A stretch of 61,543 nt of DNA, the filler included, from Choristocarpus tenellus KU-1152 (taxonomy: Eukaryota; Protista; Phaeophyceae): NCBI GenBank assembly GCA_964200185.2. It is 10 parts of 10 records of this genome, joined end to end, with 100 filler letters (N's around TTAATTAATTAA, not from the genome) between each part and the next. Parts side by side here need not be neighbours in the genome. Positions count along the whole stretch, not along the records: positions 31,283 to 42,017 come from CAXNAD020002751.1; positions 42,118 to 52,259 come from CAXNAD020003127.1; 8 more parts are not named here. The stretch is one strand, 5' to 3'. A program made the position numbers and the translations under genes. The notes beneath the pieces are model-generated. The model worked only from the letters and a program-made list of their open reading frames with translations, did no database searches and was not told the DNA's origin. This document shows positions 37,001-50,713 of the stretch, in pieces. Each line of letters opens with the position of its first letter. Position 1 is the stretch's first letter.

Positions 37001-38744
37001 GATGTGTCATAACCAAGAAGGGTAACTAGCTCTGGATCAAAGACACACTAGCTGTACCCATCAGTAACTAACAGTATGGGTAGTAAAAGGGCAATTCATT
37101 TGGAGGAGGGGGGATGGTGTGACAATTGCACGTGTCACATGATACCTTGTTTGTTCCTTTTTCTCGATGTACGACCTCTTAGTTGTGCACACTGTGGACC
37201 ATATACTTGGAGGTTAAACTCGAAAATCCAAAATCTTTGGGTGTCCCCTAATACTTTGCGAAAAATGTATGACATATTTAGTGCTTCCCACCACACCCCA
37301 TAGAAGCAACCTATATATATATATTTGCATATTGGACTCCTTATGGTCCCTCACAAATCTAGCAAGACATGTGGACACCAGAAACATAATAATCAAGCTG
37401 TTTTCCAAGAACACACATGCCTGAAGTGATGCCACATGCCATATACAGGTTTTACCCTCAAGGGTGCATTACTAGATTGGAAGAATAGGAAGCCACAGTG
37501 AACTGGGTAGAAGGGATGAGCTAGAATTTTACTGATGAATATGTTTGATCTTTCTCCCTCCTTGGTCAGAACCATTCCCTCTGTGAATAATCACAAAAAA
37601 TCCTATCAACAAATTCTTAGCATTCATGTAGATGTTTTGACTCAAGACCAGGTGCCCATGATGGCAAACAATTGCGTATAAATGCTTTGACTCAATACCA
37701 GGTGGCCATGATTGGGACGCTTCATCACTTTCCGTTCTGTAAGTTCTCATATCAGGGTCTCGGAGAACCTTGTGAAAAAAAGCATGTGGGTTTGTCTACG
37801 ATTTGAGGGTCGGTAACGACATTATGGAAGAAGGATGGAAAGGAAGCAAGTAATGCATAAAGTACAACATAATATATTAATCTAAGTATAACTCCAGGTG
37901 ACACATGTTGGTGTGGTTCCCTATGTTACGACGCAAATCCTCTGTCAACCGCCTTGCATGTTCTCATTTTTTTCTTAGCAACAGACAGTGTACTCTCGTG
38001 AAAGACGATGAGTATACTACATTTTGTGTCCACGAAGTGCACGAAGTAGAACTCGATATTTTTTGCGTAGTTTGATAATTCTTGTTTCTTCAACTCACTT
38101 TTACTATCAATAAGTTTACACTTCGGACACACTGTGTACACAAAAGCATAGTGCCTACTCGGAGTATTACACCCAGCACATATTCTCATCAAGACAGGAA
38201 TATCTACAGACTGGCACCAACAACATGGTAAAGTGTGCTCCTTTTTGGGCGGGCACAATACTTGAGACATGTAGAAAGGAAAAAGCCTGAGCACAAATAT
38301 AGTCACCTGGCTATTGACGAACTTCACCACGGTCGCAGTGAACATGTAACCAGTATGTCAGCGGTTGTGCTGCTGAGACCAGCTCTAGATCAGCAGCAGT
38401 AAAATTCACCCTCCTTCCTTCGATCCCCAATTACACAAGACCAAGCACAAATTTTAGGGTGTTGTGAGTTGGCTCCTGTCACTACCCTGCTTAGAGTCTC
38501 GCGTGTTTTCATCGTGGTTGCCTCCTATACTACTCATATGCCCCTCTTCCCTGCCTCATCTAAACTTGTGGTGGTGGTGTGTTCTATCCAACTGGACTGA
38601 TGCCCCAACGCTGGATCGTGGGGAAAGATTCAGCTTGACAAGTAATCCTGAGTTGCTTTGTGAAGTATCCACAGGTTCCTCAGCGATCTCTCTTGGAGCA
38701 GGTCAATTCAACTTGGTAGATGTATGGCTTTGCTGGAGAGATTG

Positions 38745-39100
38745 CAGGCGACCCGTCTTGACCAGTGGAGGCAGCAAACCACTCACCAGGTCATTGCTGG
38801 AAGTCACATAGTCGATTGTGATCATAACAATGATTATTGTAGTTGACCCGTCTTACTCAAGTGGGGGCGGCAAACCTCTCACCAACACACACTGGAAACC
38901 ATATATTTTAGTTATTTGTGAACCCAACGGATCTCATTGAAAATGACCAGTCTTGGCCTTTTGAAGGCGTTGAACCACTCACCACACTATGGTGGGAAGT
39001 CACAGACCTGTTTTCGAGTCCAGAATATCCCAATGGAGGTGATCAGTCTCTTCACGTGGAAAGCAACTTGCCACCAGCACACCCCCAGAACTCACATATT
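38745..39100 (-). repeat. Degenerate tandem repeat of about 98 bp (3-4 units), possibly decayed C2H2 zinc fingers
   Basis: Units ACCCGTCTT...AAACCACTCACCA...GGAAGTCACA at about 38751, 38847 and 38946. The minus strand reads CDFQQ*PGEWF, WFPVCVGERF, CDFPP*CGEWF and CEFWGC. Confidence 0.5.
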
Positions 39101-39738
39101 GTGTGGTGACCAGTACCGATTTACTGTTGACAGGGACTCATGAGTCAATCCCATTGGAAATTGGCCCACTATTTTTCCCTGTTGTTGGATGATCAAGATT
39201 GCTTTCCTTCTTCTACCCCTACATCCTCTGGCAGAACGATGGATCCATCAACATAATATATATATGTGAAGATATGGATGTCCTAAGATGTGATCTTTTG
39301 AACCCCACACCAAATTTACTAATGATGTTAATACAAAGTCGCTCCCTATTGGTTACTTGGTTCACCCACCTTTATCTATTTCTTCAGAATATCCAATAAT
39401 TTCTTCCCTTCTCATTTGTGTAGGTCTTTCGATATTAATTAAAAATGAAAAAAAAAATCAACTATACAACCACCCCCAAATAAGCACAGAAAATAGATGT
39501 AGAATCAAAACCTCTTGAAACTTTTTAGGAACTTTTTGAACGAGGTTACGAGCCAAAATCCAAAGATGGAGAATAGCAAACCTCAGGTTTCAAACTCTGA
39601 CTTGCGCGCAGTATTATAAGTACAGAGTATACACTGTAGATGCTGAAGGGAATCAGGAACCTCTGACTTGCTTCAGTTGTCACGGGGTTCAGCGTAGGAC
39701 TTCAGTAGGCTCTTGGCCAGTTGACGGAATCATTCACC

Positions 39739-41074
39739 ATGGATGATGCACCAACAATATTCAATCCCCGATTGGCGGCAGCAGCTGGGTCCACTGTCAC
39801 GCCTTCCTCAGTCGATCCTTTTGGTAGGGCGGTAAAGGCTTGCCAATTTGGGGAATTGGATGTTCTGGAGGATCTTGTAGAGACCACAGGAGGGGGAGCT
39901 GACGATACGGTGAGACTGACTCCGTCTCCGTAACGTAGGGAAAATGTATCTGTCGAGTGTGGTATGCGATTTTGAGACCAGAATAAGGCGTTGAGGGAGG
40001 TTGATTATTTCAATCATGAAGGCACAACTGTGAAGAGCAGATGTTGACTGCTCCGGTGATAAAGCACAATTCTAATGAAAGATTCCCTATCTCATATGAG
40101 CACTCGTGTGTCTTTCGTACATTAGCCAATCTCGGTCAATGGCAGGGACACGGAGAATGTGCCTTTGCTACACTGGGCGTGCATCAATAATAGAAGCATG
40201 GTGGTGACCTATCTATTACAGAAGGTGAGAGACTGCAGCTGTACTGGACTCAACAAGCTCAACCCGTAACCAAGTAGTGGAATGTGATCAAGGGGCGGGA
40301 TGACCTAGGCCAGTGAGAGAAATGTGTTACATTGTGCTGCGAACAACGGCCTTCGCTGATATCTCCTGTTGTCCACTCTTTTGAAGGGAGCGGATCCCTG
40401 TGCTATCGGAGGTGTTCTCGAGGAGAGCGCCTTGATGTGGGCAACTCGACAGGGGTACATGGCCATAATCTTGGAACTATTGAGTGTGAGTAAGCTGAAC
40501 ACTGCGGATGTTGGTGCTTAGGGACCACCCCTCTTTCAGTACGGCTGTGATCCACCTCGCTCGCGGTATCGGCACGTGCTGTGCGAAATACTACCACTTT
40601 GTGATAAATTCTGAGTGTACCAACTTCAAGGACCTTGTCATCACCGATAACTATGGTTTCTCGCATAGACGACCCCGTGTTAATGTCCTCTCCCACCTAC
40701 ACCCTACCCACAGAGCAACTTCCCAAACCCTGGAAAAAATATGTATACCCACAAAGCTGACCGATCCCCCAGATTCACTATTGCGCCCCCCTTCTAATTC
40801 TAAGCCAGGAATACCAGAAGTGGTGCTATAGCGGAGTCTTCCCCCTTTGTAATTGTATCCAACGTATTCTATGCCACCCTGTCACTCACCCTGTGTGCCT
40901 CTCCTGGCACGATGCATTCTATGGGGCTGCTTTGCCACCCAGGCTGGGGCAGACCCCCATCTGCGAAATGTCTATGGGCAAACAGCGGTGCACTTGGCGG
41001 CACAGCGCAATCATACCTGTGCCATGCTGGTGCTGCTGGCTGCTGGTGTGCCAGTGGATGGGAGGGACAGTAAG
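39739..41074 (+). CDS. Ankyrin-repeat protein S-acyltransferase, AKR1/TIP1/ZDHHC17-like, 5' part
   Basis: Exons 39739-39909, 40126-40224, 40387-40485 and 40943-41074, all phase 0. KACQFGELD, DTENVPLLHWACINNR, GGVLEESALMWATRQGY and GADPHLRNVYGQTAVHLAA closely parallel ZDHHC17 ankyrin repeats. The DHHC domain is not in this contig. Confidence 0.85.
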
Positions 41075-43340
41075 GTAAGCAGGGGGATGGTAGAGTCTAT
41101 GAGGGTGACTTCACTGGAGTTGGGAGGGAAGTAAGGCTCGAAATTGTTTGCGAATGGGGGGAATCTGAAGTTTACGTGTCATCTACTACCATGGATTGAT
41201 AGTAAGAAATCCTGCACTAATTTTGGTTGGACAGACTTGTTGACTTTTCTTCTTATAGAGGCGACACCTGGTTGTTTTCCCAGCATCCTTTCAAACGTTA
41301 GTTGAAAACGTATCCTTGTCTCTGAAATACTTTTGCACAGACCTCAAACTCTTTTGAGTCAACTTCACCGCCCATACTGTGGTGATGCATACATTCCATC
41401 AATACACTGCGGAAAACCACCTAACCCTAACCCTAACGCTATTCACACTTTTTTTTTTGTCATAAATTATAACTGTTCAATCATACAAATCACTACAAAC
41501 TGCAGCTGGTTTCTACGTCAACCAGGCCTTACTCCACCTTACAGAAGGGACACTGTCTGAAAAGGGAGATAATGGGTGATAGGCAGTTAGACGAGAGGAA
41601 GGGGGGGCAATGGATGAATGACCTACTGTCCATATTTTGACTTTGTGAGGATCTAGCACTCTCAGTGGTGGTATTTTGCGGTATTTGGATGTATGCCAAG
41701 TGTTCTAGTGGTTGATGCATGTTGGACTGCATTGAACATGCACGCAACTCCTGCCCGGGTGACAACTTGCAATGTATCAATGGCCTTGACCCCTGCTGCA
41801 CCTCAAACAGGAGTTGAAACGGTTTTACCGAAGGGTTGTCCCTGTCGATTCTTCTGACAATATCCTCCTTATCTATGAGTTTTCGAGGACACGACAAATG
41901 CTAGTAGAATGGAAAGTTCAAGTCTCAAGTTAAGTGATAGTCAAGTCCATGTTACTGGCCTTGCCCTCTGCCCTCTCCCCCTCTCCCCCTCTCCCCATGC
42001 CCCCTGACCCCTTCTCCNNNNNNNNNNNNNNNNNNNNNNNNNNNNNNNNNNNNNNNNNNNNTTAATTAATTAANNNNNNNNNNNNNNNNNNNNNNNNNNN
42101 NNNNNNNNNNNNNNNNNCTTGTCAGCTTCTTTCCCTTGGGTTTTTTAATTGGAGTACGGCTTTATGTGTGGGTTGAATCTTAACGTAAGGCAATTGCTAG
42201 AAACATGATGCGGTTCTATCAAATGGGTAGGCATAGCACTGCCTGCCAAGGCTACACGTGACCAACAGCAAGGATCTCAAGGGTGGCAGTTCAGTCTCTC
42301 CAACTTGCAATGACATGTGATAAGCGTGTGATACAGGATCAATGAGATGTCAATGCCAGGTTCACTTTCCTGATGTCCACAGGATGAGGAAGACAACTGT
42401 TGAGACTTGCTTGGAGGTATGTTCATCTTTATGATGGGGTGAGCCGTGCCAGCCTCTGTATGTCAGTGTGAGAGTGCTCCTTGCTGAAGGCCTCAAGGAT
42501 GAACTCTGTTGAGCCAGCTTTGCCTACTGCTCTTAATTTTTGTTGTAGGTATAGGACTAATGGAGGAAGGACATCAGGTTGTGACTGAGGAAGGGATGTC
42601 ACCTAGCAAGCATTCCCATAGCTCTCTCTACAGACTCATGATGGTAAAGTGATCAAACAGAACTGGGGGTAGCTGCTTCCTTATTATGTTGACATTCAAT
42701 CAGGAATAGGTCTCTGGACAGCTCTTCAAGGACATAGTGTCTTACTTCTTGTTTTCCAAGGAATGAGGTTGAAGAGTCGAGATCTGCAATGTGAATGAGG
42801 TGGTGTATCTAGGGAGTCTAGTGACTAAGGTCGAGGGGGACAAACCAGACCTCAACAATGCCTCTGCCCAGAGGGCTGCAGTTTTAGTCCTAACTTGACA
42901 ATGGGGCATGTACCAACACTGTGTCATGGGGATGAAAGCCATAATGACATATAACCTGAGGCAGGTGATCTTATGAACACCTTGAGGGGGATGGATGGTC
43001 AAGGTCATTGCATACATTTGAGGGATTTTTAATAGCAGGAGGGATGCCGACCTTTATTCCTGTTGAGTTTGCCTACATTTACCACCTGCTCTCGTGCGGC
43101 GCAGCGCGAGCACCCTATCAAACACTCGCGCGGGGAGTTCCAGAACATGTTTAGTGGGGTTTTTGTTGTGAATGTGAAAACCCCGCGGGGTGAAATTTAT
43201 TTCTAGAATATTGACTAGAAAATAATGGTCCACACGTTTTGCAATTCATACTAGGGGGCTCTGCATCATTAGCAGCCATACACAAGAAAACCTCTCACGA
43301 CACACTTGAGAGAGGGGCTTGTGCTGACCGTATCTCAACC

Positions 43341-46300
43341 ATGGGAAGAAGTGAGTAAGGGATCTGGGATGCTTAGACTGGTTTGACACTAAGGGAATTG
43401 TGGAATTGTTAATTCCTAGGAGATTGTTTCACCTTGTCTCACTAGCCAAGTGGGTAGATGCAGGTGTTATTTTTAACCCACCCCTTGTACGGCGACTCCA
43501 CGAAGGGGTACCGTCAGGGTTATAAGGTCACTAGGGAGTGTCTGAGCCGGATGTGGATATCTCAGGGGGAGACACAGGGATAGGCATGGTGCCAAGCGCT
43601 CTTGATTTTGAACTGCGGCGCCACTGTTACAGGGACTGGTCTGGGTGTCTGTGTTGGAGGGGGGTCAGTTGGCGCTATGTTGAGAGCTAGGGGCGTCCCC
43701 GTCGTAGGGACATATCATTGCGGGGATGAATGCTTAATCTCATGTAGCCTGGCTTCGGTGTGGTGGCTCTGATGTCGTTCGGACGTTTGTCAGAGCTGGG
43801 AATGAGGTTATCGAAGAGAGATGTGCTCCTGCGGGTTTTTAACGTGCAAGTTAGGCTTGGCATTGTGCTTCTATTACCATCGCTTGCAAATTTGCTCGTT
43901 TGTTCAAGTCCTCATGTTTTAAATTTGAAAGTAATGCCTCCGGTCCGTTGCTAATCTCTTCACACGGTCTGGCTAATTTCATACAGGGCCGGCTCGCTGC
44001 TACCGGTTCCAGAAGAACAAGCCGTTTATCAAGTCACGGTACTGCCGCGGTGTCCCGGACCCCAAGATCCGTATCTACGATGTCGGAAACAAGAAGGCGT
44101 CTGTAGACCTGTTCCCATTTGTCTGCCACCTGGTGAGACCAACTTATGCCTCGTACAAGCGTAGATTAAAATGGGGGAGTAGTAGCAATAGTAGTAACCT
44201 ATAGAGCTCATTAGAGCCACTGCCGGGGTAGGAAGCTCTTTGTTTTTATGGGAATATGGTTCCTTGGTAGTGATCAAACCTTTTTTGCAGGCTTCAGAGT
44301 CTGCGATCTCTCCACTGTGCACTATAGCAGTGAGTAGCTGGTTTCATATTATATATTGGGGGTGTAATCGCTATCCTTGCGTTACCGAGTCAGCCATGTG
44401 TGGCTATATTTGTCGGAGCCATTCTCATTATGTCAATATCGTCTCATATCTTGTCGGATGCTGTAATGTGAGAAGGTGAATCAAGTTGATATAGTTTAGG
44501 AGATTTAGAATTAGAAGTATCAGTAGAAAGTGAAATAGACCATTTACTTATCACGTCCTCTTGTAACCACTTTGAGGAGTAGGAGCACAAATTGTGTTTC
44601 TTTGCAATAGCTTTCTTGATAGGCAACTCTAGGATGCACTTTTTTTTCTGTCAGCTGGTTCATTTGGTGGTTGGTGAACAACCTCTCATTTTGTCTCAAC
44701 CTATACACATAACATATTCAAAGATCCTGAGTTTTGTTTTGTTATCCGTATCTCCTGCGTATTACTTTCTCCTGATTTTTGTTTGTTTTGTTCTGGTGTC
44801 AGTTACAACCACGAACATGAATATCAAGGTACAAAGTTGTTTGAAATTGGAGTTTGTGAAAGGATCCTCTCTTCGGTACAAGGTATGACCGCATCACCCA
44901 CATAGGAAAAAAATGGAAAAGAGTGTTGGAAGATTGCTACTGCGACCAACGATTTCTCATTCATTGCTGACACTACCCTAGTCCCTGTTTCCTCACAAAT
45001 ATTAGAGGATGGCGTATGTATGAATATATGAGAAGGGATCATTTTGTGCCAAACTCACATGGAAGATGTTGCTTATGTGATTGACTGGGTGATTGTATGG
45101 GATGGAGGCAGGTGTCGGACGAAAAGGAGCAGCTCACTTCGGAGGCATTGGAGGCTGCACGTGTGTCTGCCAACAAGTACATGACAAAGTATGCTGGGAA
45201 GGACGCTTTCCACATGCGCATCCGTGCCCACCCCTTCCATGTGCTTCGGATCAACAAGATGCTTTCGTGCGCCGGTGCTGATCGCCTTCAGGTAAGGGCA
45301 AGTGTTGAGCTGATGTGCAACATAGCCCCCTGCTTTTCGTTGTATTTTGAACTGTGAGAGTACTAAGACAGTGTGTTTTGGGGTCAAATTGTCTTGGGGG
45401 GGGTGTCGGGGTCCGTTTTTCACCCTTTCTTCGATTTTCACTTTTTTGGTGTGATATCGTCGCACGTGTCGGATTTGAAATCTCAGCAAAAAAAAAGAGT
45501 TGTTCGATCGAAACGGACACCCCCTCACAATCCATCCCCCCCAGATACTTTGACCCTTTTTGCATTTTTTGTATTTGAGGCATTGGGTTTTGTGAACATC
45601 TTTAATATACCAAGGTTGGGGTCAAAACTTACACCTTCTGTAACTGAATGTGTAACTGGTTAAATTATTTGTGAAGTGGGGGGTTTGGTAACCTGTGGAT
45701 GTATTTATTATCTTTATACACATGGAACCAGATTGTTGTTGTAGAGCATCAAACCAGCTTTTGAAAACAAGAAAATACTTTTAGTTCTAACATTTTGTCT
45801 CAGTATTGAGGACAACCCAGGGTGTAAATACCCATTTGCTGGTGGTCAGAATTGCCGGATCGTGTTGCTTTTGAGTTTGTACTTTTCCATGGCAACACCT
45901 TAATGTTGATTTGATGTGTCCACCTCCCCTCACAATGTACAGCTTCTTTCACACGTGTGAATCATAATTGCACTGGTAGAGTTCCCCAAATATTCTCACA
46001 GAGAAGTTTCATCAATCTGATCTAATCTCCCATTCATTGGTGCTTGCTACTGCGCTTCATACTGTAAATAAATTATTAATATTTAAAACAGACTGGCATG
46101 CGCCACGCATATGGCAAGCCTCAGGGAACAACTGCACGGGTTGCGATTGGACAGGTGAGCTTTTTCTATCATATTTTATTTTCGAGGTTCTGCAACAGGA
46201 AAATAATCAACTATGGGTGCATTTTTGGAGGATGATGGTGTTTTGTCTTAAGATCACCTCCCATTACTCACAGTTTTATCAGGGTTTGCAAAGAGGATAA

Positions 46301-47866
46301 TAGCTTTCCAGAAATATTGGTAGCTATTGTGTGGAGTGAAGCGATGGAAGTATCTCACAGCTCTCTTTTTCTATGTTGATTGCAACACAAGTAAAGAGTT
46401 GATATGCTCAGGTCAAATCAAATGTCAATTCCTCTTTTTGCACATGGCAAATGTTTAATGAGAGAATGTGCACATACTCAAATTGTGTTTAATTGTCTTC
46501 TTGAGCTTTGTTCCCTTCAACCTTGGCACCTCCTTGCCCCATTTAATTATGTTGTGTGGTTTTGGATTGCTGTGTGTCATCAGATCATTATGTCTATCCG
46601 GTCAAAGGACAACCACATGCCTACGGCTGTGGAGGCCCTCCGCCGTGCCAAGTTCAAGTTCCCAGGACGGCAGAAGATCCTCAAGTCGAACAAGTGGGGC
46701 TTCACTAAGTACGATAGGGAGGTGAGAATGTAACTGTATTGGAAGTCCTTGAAAACAGGAAGCACTTAAGAAAAACACTGGAAAATGTATTTTTTGTGTT
46801 TCCAAAGTTTGTTAGAATAGGGTTATTTGTTACATACGGAATAAACTCGTGCTGTTTATTAGATGGTAGTAGATGAGTTGTTTTAGCTGTGGAGTGCTGT
46901 TTGCCATTGTTAGGGTTTGGGTTTGGGTAGGAATGGGAAGGAACAAAGTTGGATACTATCCTGGTGTACATCCTCAACTGTGGCACTGGCATTTTTAACA
47001 TCTTTTAAGCCATGCAATATTGCAGGGAGAGCTAAAACTCAGTATCATGTGTGGTCGCTGTTGTGTACTCTGTACGAGTGACAACTATGTGCCTTGATGA
47101 AATAGGTAGAGACGGTACAGATAAGTAGGGTTTGTGTGACATACATGTATTAAGAGTATATTTCTTTTTGAGGATGTAGAATGGCCCCAGACTGGAGCTT
47201 CTGTAAATTTTTCAACACTGGTTAGTGTTTGTACCCTCTTCTGATGGTATTTGAGTATTGTATTATGAATGATTAGTCGTTGATATGCAGCAACAGGTGG
47301 GTCAAAAGTGGCAATGCTTTGAAGCGATGAATCTTTAGTATTTAAAAACATTTTATTTTACGAGTTTTTGAGCTGTAAATGTGTAATATTTTGAAGTTGT
47401 GATTTACAACTAGAATAATATAAGCTTATGCTCTATATCACCATACTCATCTTTCTGGAATTGCTTGTTTCCAAAAATCTTCTTTTGGTCTCTGCTCTCT
47501 GTTCTTTTTGGAACTTGAGTATCTCGAGTGGAAATCACTCCATTTTCTACTTTTTCCTATTTTTAGGGTTAGGGGGTCAATATCAAGATTGTATTCTGCT
47601 GTACATGAATACAAATAGTTACAAGAATGTTTCTCATATTGGCCTTGCTACCTGGTTGGACAAATGTTTGCATAAATATGGCCACCTTAGTCCCAATGTT
47701 GTCGGCTAACTCAGCTCTGTTTTGCTCCTCCAATCTACCAGCCTAAAAATATTGCACATTTTGATTTTTTGCTTGCCAGGAGTATGTGCGGGGACGCCAG
47801 GAGGGCTGGCTCCAGAATGATGGTAACTCCGTTAAGTACATTTCTGCACACGGTCGCCTGGATTAA
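43341..47866 (+). CDS. RPL10: 60S ribosomal protein L10 (uL16), complete, 207 aa
   Basis: Exons 43341-43350, 43987-44132, 45112-45291, 46092-46154, 46584-46721 and 47780-47866 (624 nt). [35 protein letters not shown]...[31 protein letters not shown]...[16 protein letters not shown]...HGRLD*. Confidence 0.98.
45381..45556. mobile_element. MITE, subfamily B (176 bp), in RPL10 intron 3
   Basis: GGGTCAAATTGTCTTGGGGGG ... CCCCCCAGATACTTTGACCC inverted termini. Confidence 0.88.
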
Positions 47867-48969
47867 ACATGGAGGGTAGATAGATCTGCTTTAGCCCTTG
47901 ATTAAAAGGGGTGTACACATTCTTTGGCTTCTGTTGAAGATTTGATGAGGGTGAAGAACGATCTACTGGAGCATAGCAGATCTCCCCTGTGTTTCCAATT
48001 CTTGTTGATTTTTGCCTTCTTTTGTTCAAGAGTGAGAACTCATTGATTGATGGTTAAACTATCTGCAAGGCCAATAATGTAACACCCATACTCTCTCAAG
48101 ATCATGTTTCCAACAAGTTTTTCAGGGCTAGGTGTGCACCTATAATTGTTCCCCTCGAAACTTGACACTTTGGTTCAAGTCATTAATCATGGTACCCCCA
48201 TATATGATCTTCTGTTACCTGACCCTGATGCAGGGTAGTGCCCACGAAAATTGTCCTCCACATTTTGGTTGTACAATATTATAAAACTTCAATTGGTGAT
48301 TGCTGTATTGATAGTGAAAGTATCACTGTTTACTCCTAATCCAATCATGCTCCAAATGTAACAAGTTCAAAACATCACAAAGACAAGATCTCTTGATAAA
48401 TACTGTCAGTTTTATTTACAGTTATGGACTGATACCTTTTGCACTAAATAATATGTACTGAGAAGGATGTACCCTGGTTTAAGAATTTAATCTACACAAA
48501 GGTAAATGAAGTCCACAGCGACCTGTGTGTTGCTACTACAAATCTGGTGTCATGAATTGCCTTTGCCATGGTACTTTGTGATGGCATTGAGAGCAACATC
48601 ATTAGCAACTAACTTATTTGGACTGATGAACAAAACAGGTCCTTCACACTACATTGCACTTCTATTGGATTCATTAACACTGTTAGCTTGCGTTGGACAA
48701 AGCTGACAGATTCCACGTAGTTACTCAGGTGCAGTAGTATTGTTTATTGTGGACGTGGACAAAGAAGAGCAAGGCAGAGGGCTATACCATTCAGAATGTG
48801 AAATGAAGTCTTAGCTCAAATTTCTCTAAGGGGATATATTGTTGCAAGTATCTTGTCGCAGCAGGAAGGGATTGACGGATTGATTTGCTTCATGGTTCTT
48901 CTAGGCTTTTGTTGTTCATTAGTAATAGCTCGACAGAATATTGTGTGAGGGGTATCCACTTTATGTCCT

Positions 48970-49030
48970 CTACTATTTATTATGCCTTTGACATTTTGGA
49001 GATATGTCAAAGGAAAAAACAAGGAAAAGC
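48970..49030 (-). repeat. Short stem-loop repeat with an (ATA/TAG)-like tail
   Basis: Perfect 10-bp stem CCTTTGACAT/ATGTCAAAGG with a 9-nt loop. Related copies at about 6481-6535 and 6571-6632. Confidence 0.6.
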
Positions 49031-50713
49031 CAATTCAATATCAAAAAACTCCTGTAAAAGGAATAGTTGTTATTAATGTGAAAAATATAGTTTGATTTAC
49101 TAATTGACTATTAGGTATCCTACACCACTTCCTTCCTATGCCTCCAACCTAGCTTAGCTCTACACCTAATATTATTACAAAATATAGTAACCATGTGGTA
49201 CGTGCACATCTATATTGATAGCAATTGCAAATGATGAAGTCAAACGTTAGACTGGAGCATGTGCCGTTACTGAGGAATTCAGCAGTCCTTCTAGCTCTGA
49301 CTCCTTTTCATTCCACATCACCACCAACGACGATTACTTTGGTGTACACTATTATTTTATCATGTTTTTTATGGTTAACTTCATACACTTAGGCGTACTC
49401 TCCTTCCTGTCCTTGTGAATAAAAAAGTCGGACATGGATAAGCTCCTTTGTGCCCAAGCAGGTGGGATGGCGGCGAACGTTGATGTTCTGCTCTATATTT
49501 AAAGAAGGCACCCCACCAGAAGCCAGAAAAAATGAAGAATATAAGTCTTCTAGTTTCGAACACGCTGCAAGTACAGCACGCCAACGCGCGTCAGTACCCT
49601 TCAATGAGCCCTCTCTCTGTGAACCTGCAGCACAGGTTTGGGCACCACGGAAGGAAACATTCGCGGATATACTCGAACCTACCCAGAGTTGAAACAGGTA
49701 AAACAGTGTGGAAGATGTACAGAGGTATTTCTCAGGTATATCCGAGTTGGATTTCAGGTCACTGACTAGGACATGCACATAGGAGTGGAAATCGCCCACT
49801 GCCATCTGGAAGGACACCTACCTGAGCCTCTGATACTTGATGGACTGGCGTACGATAGGTTCTCCCTCTTCGACCTCCCTGCGATTGTCTGCAACTACTA
49901 CTCTTACCGCAGCAAGACTCTACGGTGCATCCCCAACCGGATGCCTGGAACATAATCAGGCAGATACTTGTGATCAATACCTTGCGGAACTACATGATGC
50001 ATAGCATCTTGTCTCGTTGTAGCTCATGAACTTACCGACAGGCACGATTGTTGAGGACATACACAGTGAGAGGAGGGACAACTTGGTAGTAACTCGTAAC
50101 AGTTTCAATTTCGATCACAATATAATAGGGTGTTTTCGTATTTTCACATTTTGATACGATGTCTATATGTTGAAAACGCAAATTCGACACCTGGAAACCC
50201 CTAAGTATACTTGGTATGTAGGACATACTAAGTCCAAAGAAGTGCACGCCCATTATACTTGAGGACTCTAGTTGTTACGAGAGGTGGGGCTGTTTGTGTA
50301 TAGGATGAGTGTTTAGTCCGGTCTCTTCCTCGGTTGGTTCTTTCTCAATCGCGTTGTAGGTGGAAGAAGGAGGTGAAAGAGGGATGGAGGGTGCTTGAAT
50401 AGAAGAGTAGAGGAGACCATAAAATGGTGTCTTCTGCTCCTTTGAAGCCCTCTCTGCAACTTTCGAATATAGAAGATATATCTAGTTACTACTGAGTAGT
50501 ATCTCAAGCATCCCCTTGACTTACTCTTCCAAGACAGATGTGGAAGTTGGTCCCCTTTCAGCACAGCGAAAAGAGGGAAGGTGTAACATTGCAAATGGGT
50601 CACGACGGATTTCTTTGAACGCAATGCAGCAACATCTCATCCTCAAACCTCTAAGCCTAATTTTTCTTCCCATTGACTATCTTGGTACATTCACAGGTAT
50701 AGAAGGCGACACC

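Noticed and set aside
37926-38345. Cys-rich ORF (CAGC...CPKC) considered as a Fanzor/TnpB zinc ribbon
   Set aside because: No RuvC motifs (no DxG, no RDxNAAxNI) and no supporting element ends.
43721-43775. Possible box C/D snoRNA in RPL10 intron 1 (GGGATGA...CTGA, with GCTTAATCT complementary to the 18S 5' region)
   Set aside because: Only about 50 nt, with an imperfect C box, a weak terminal stem and a 9-nt match not adjacent to a D or D' box. Infernal or snoscan would be needed to test it.
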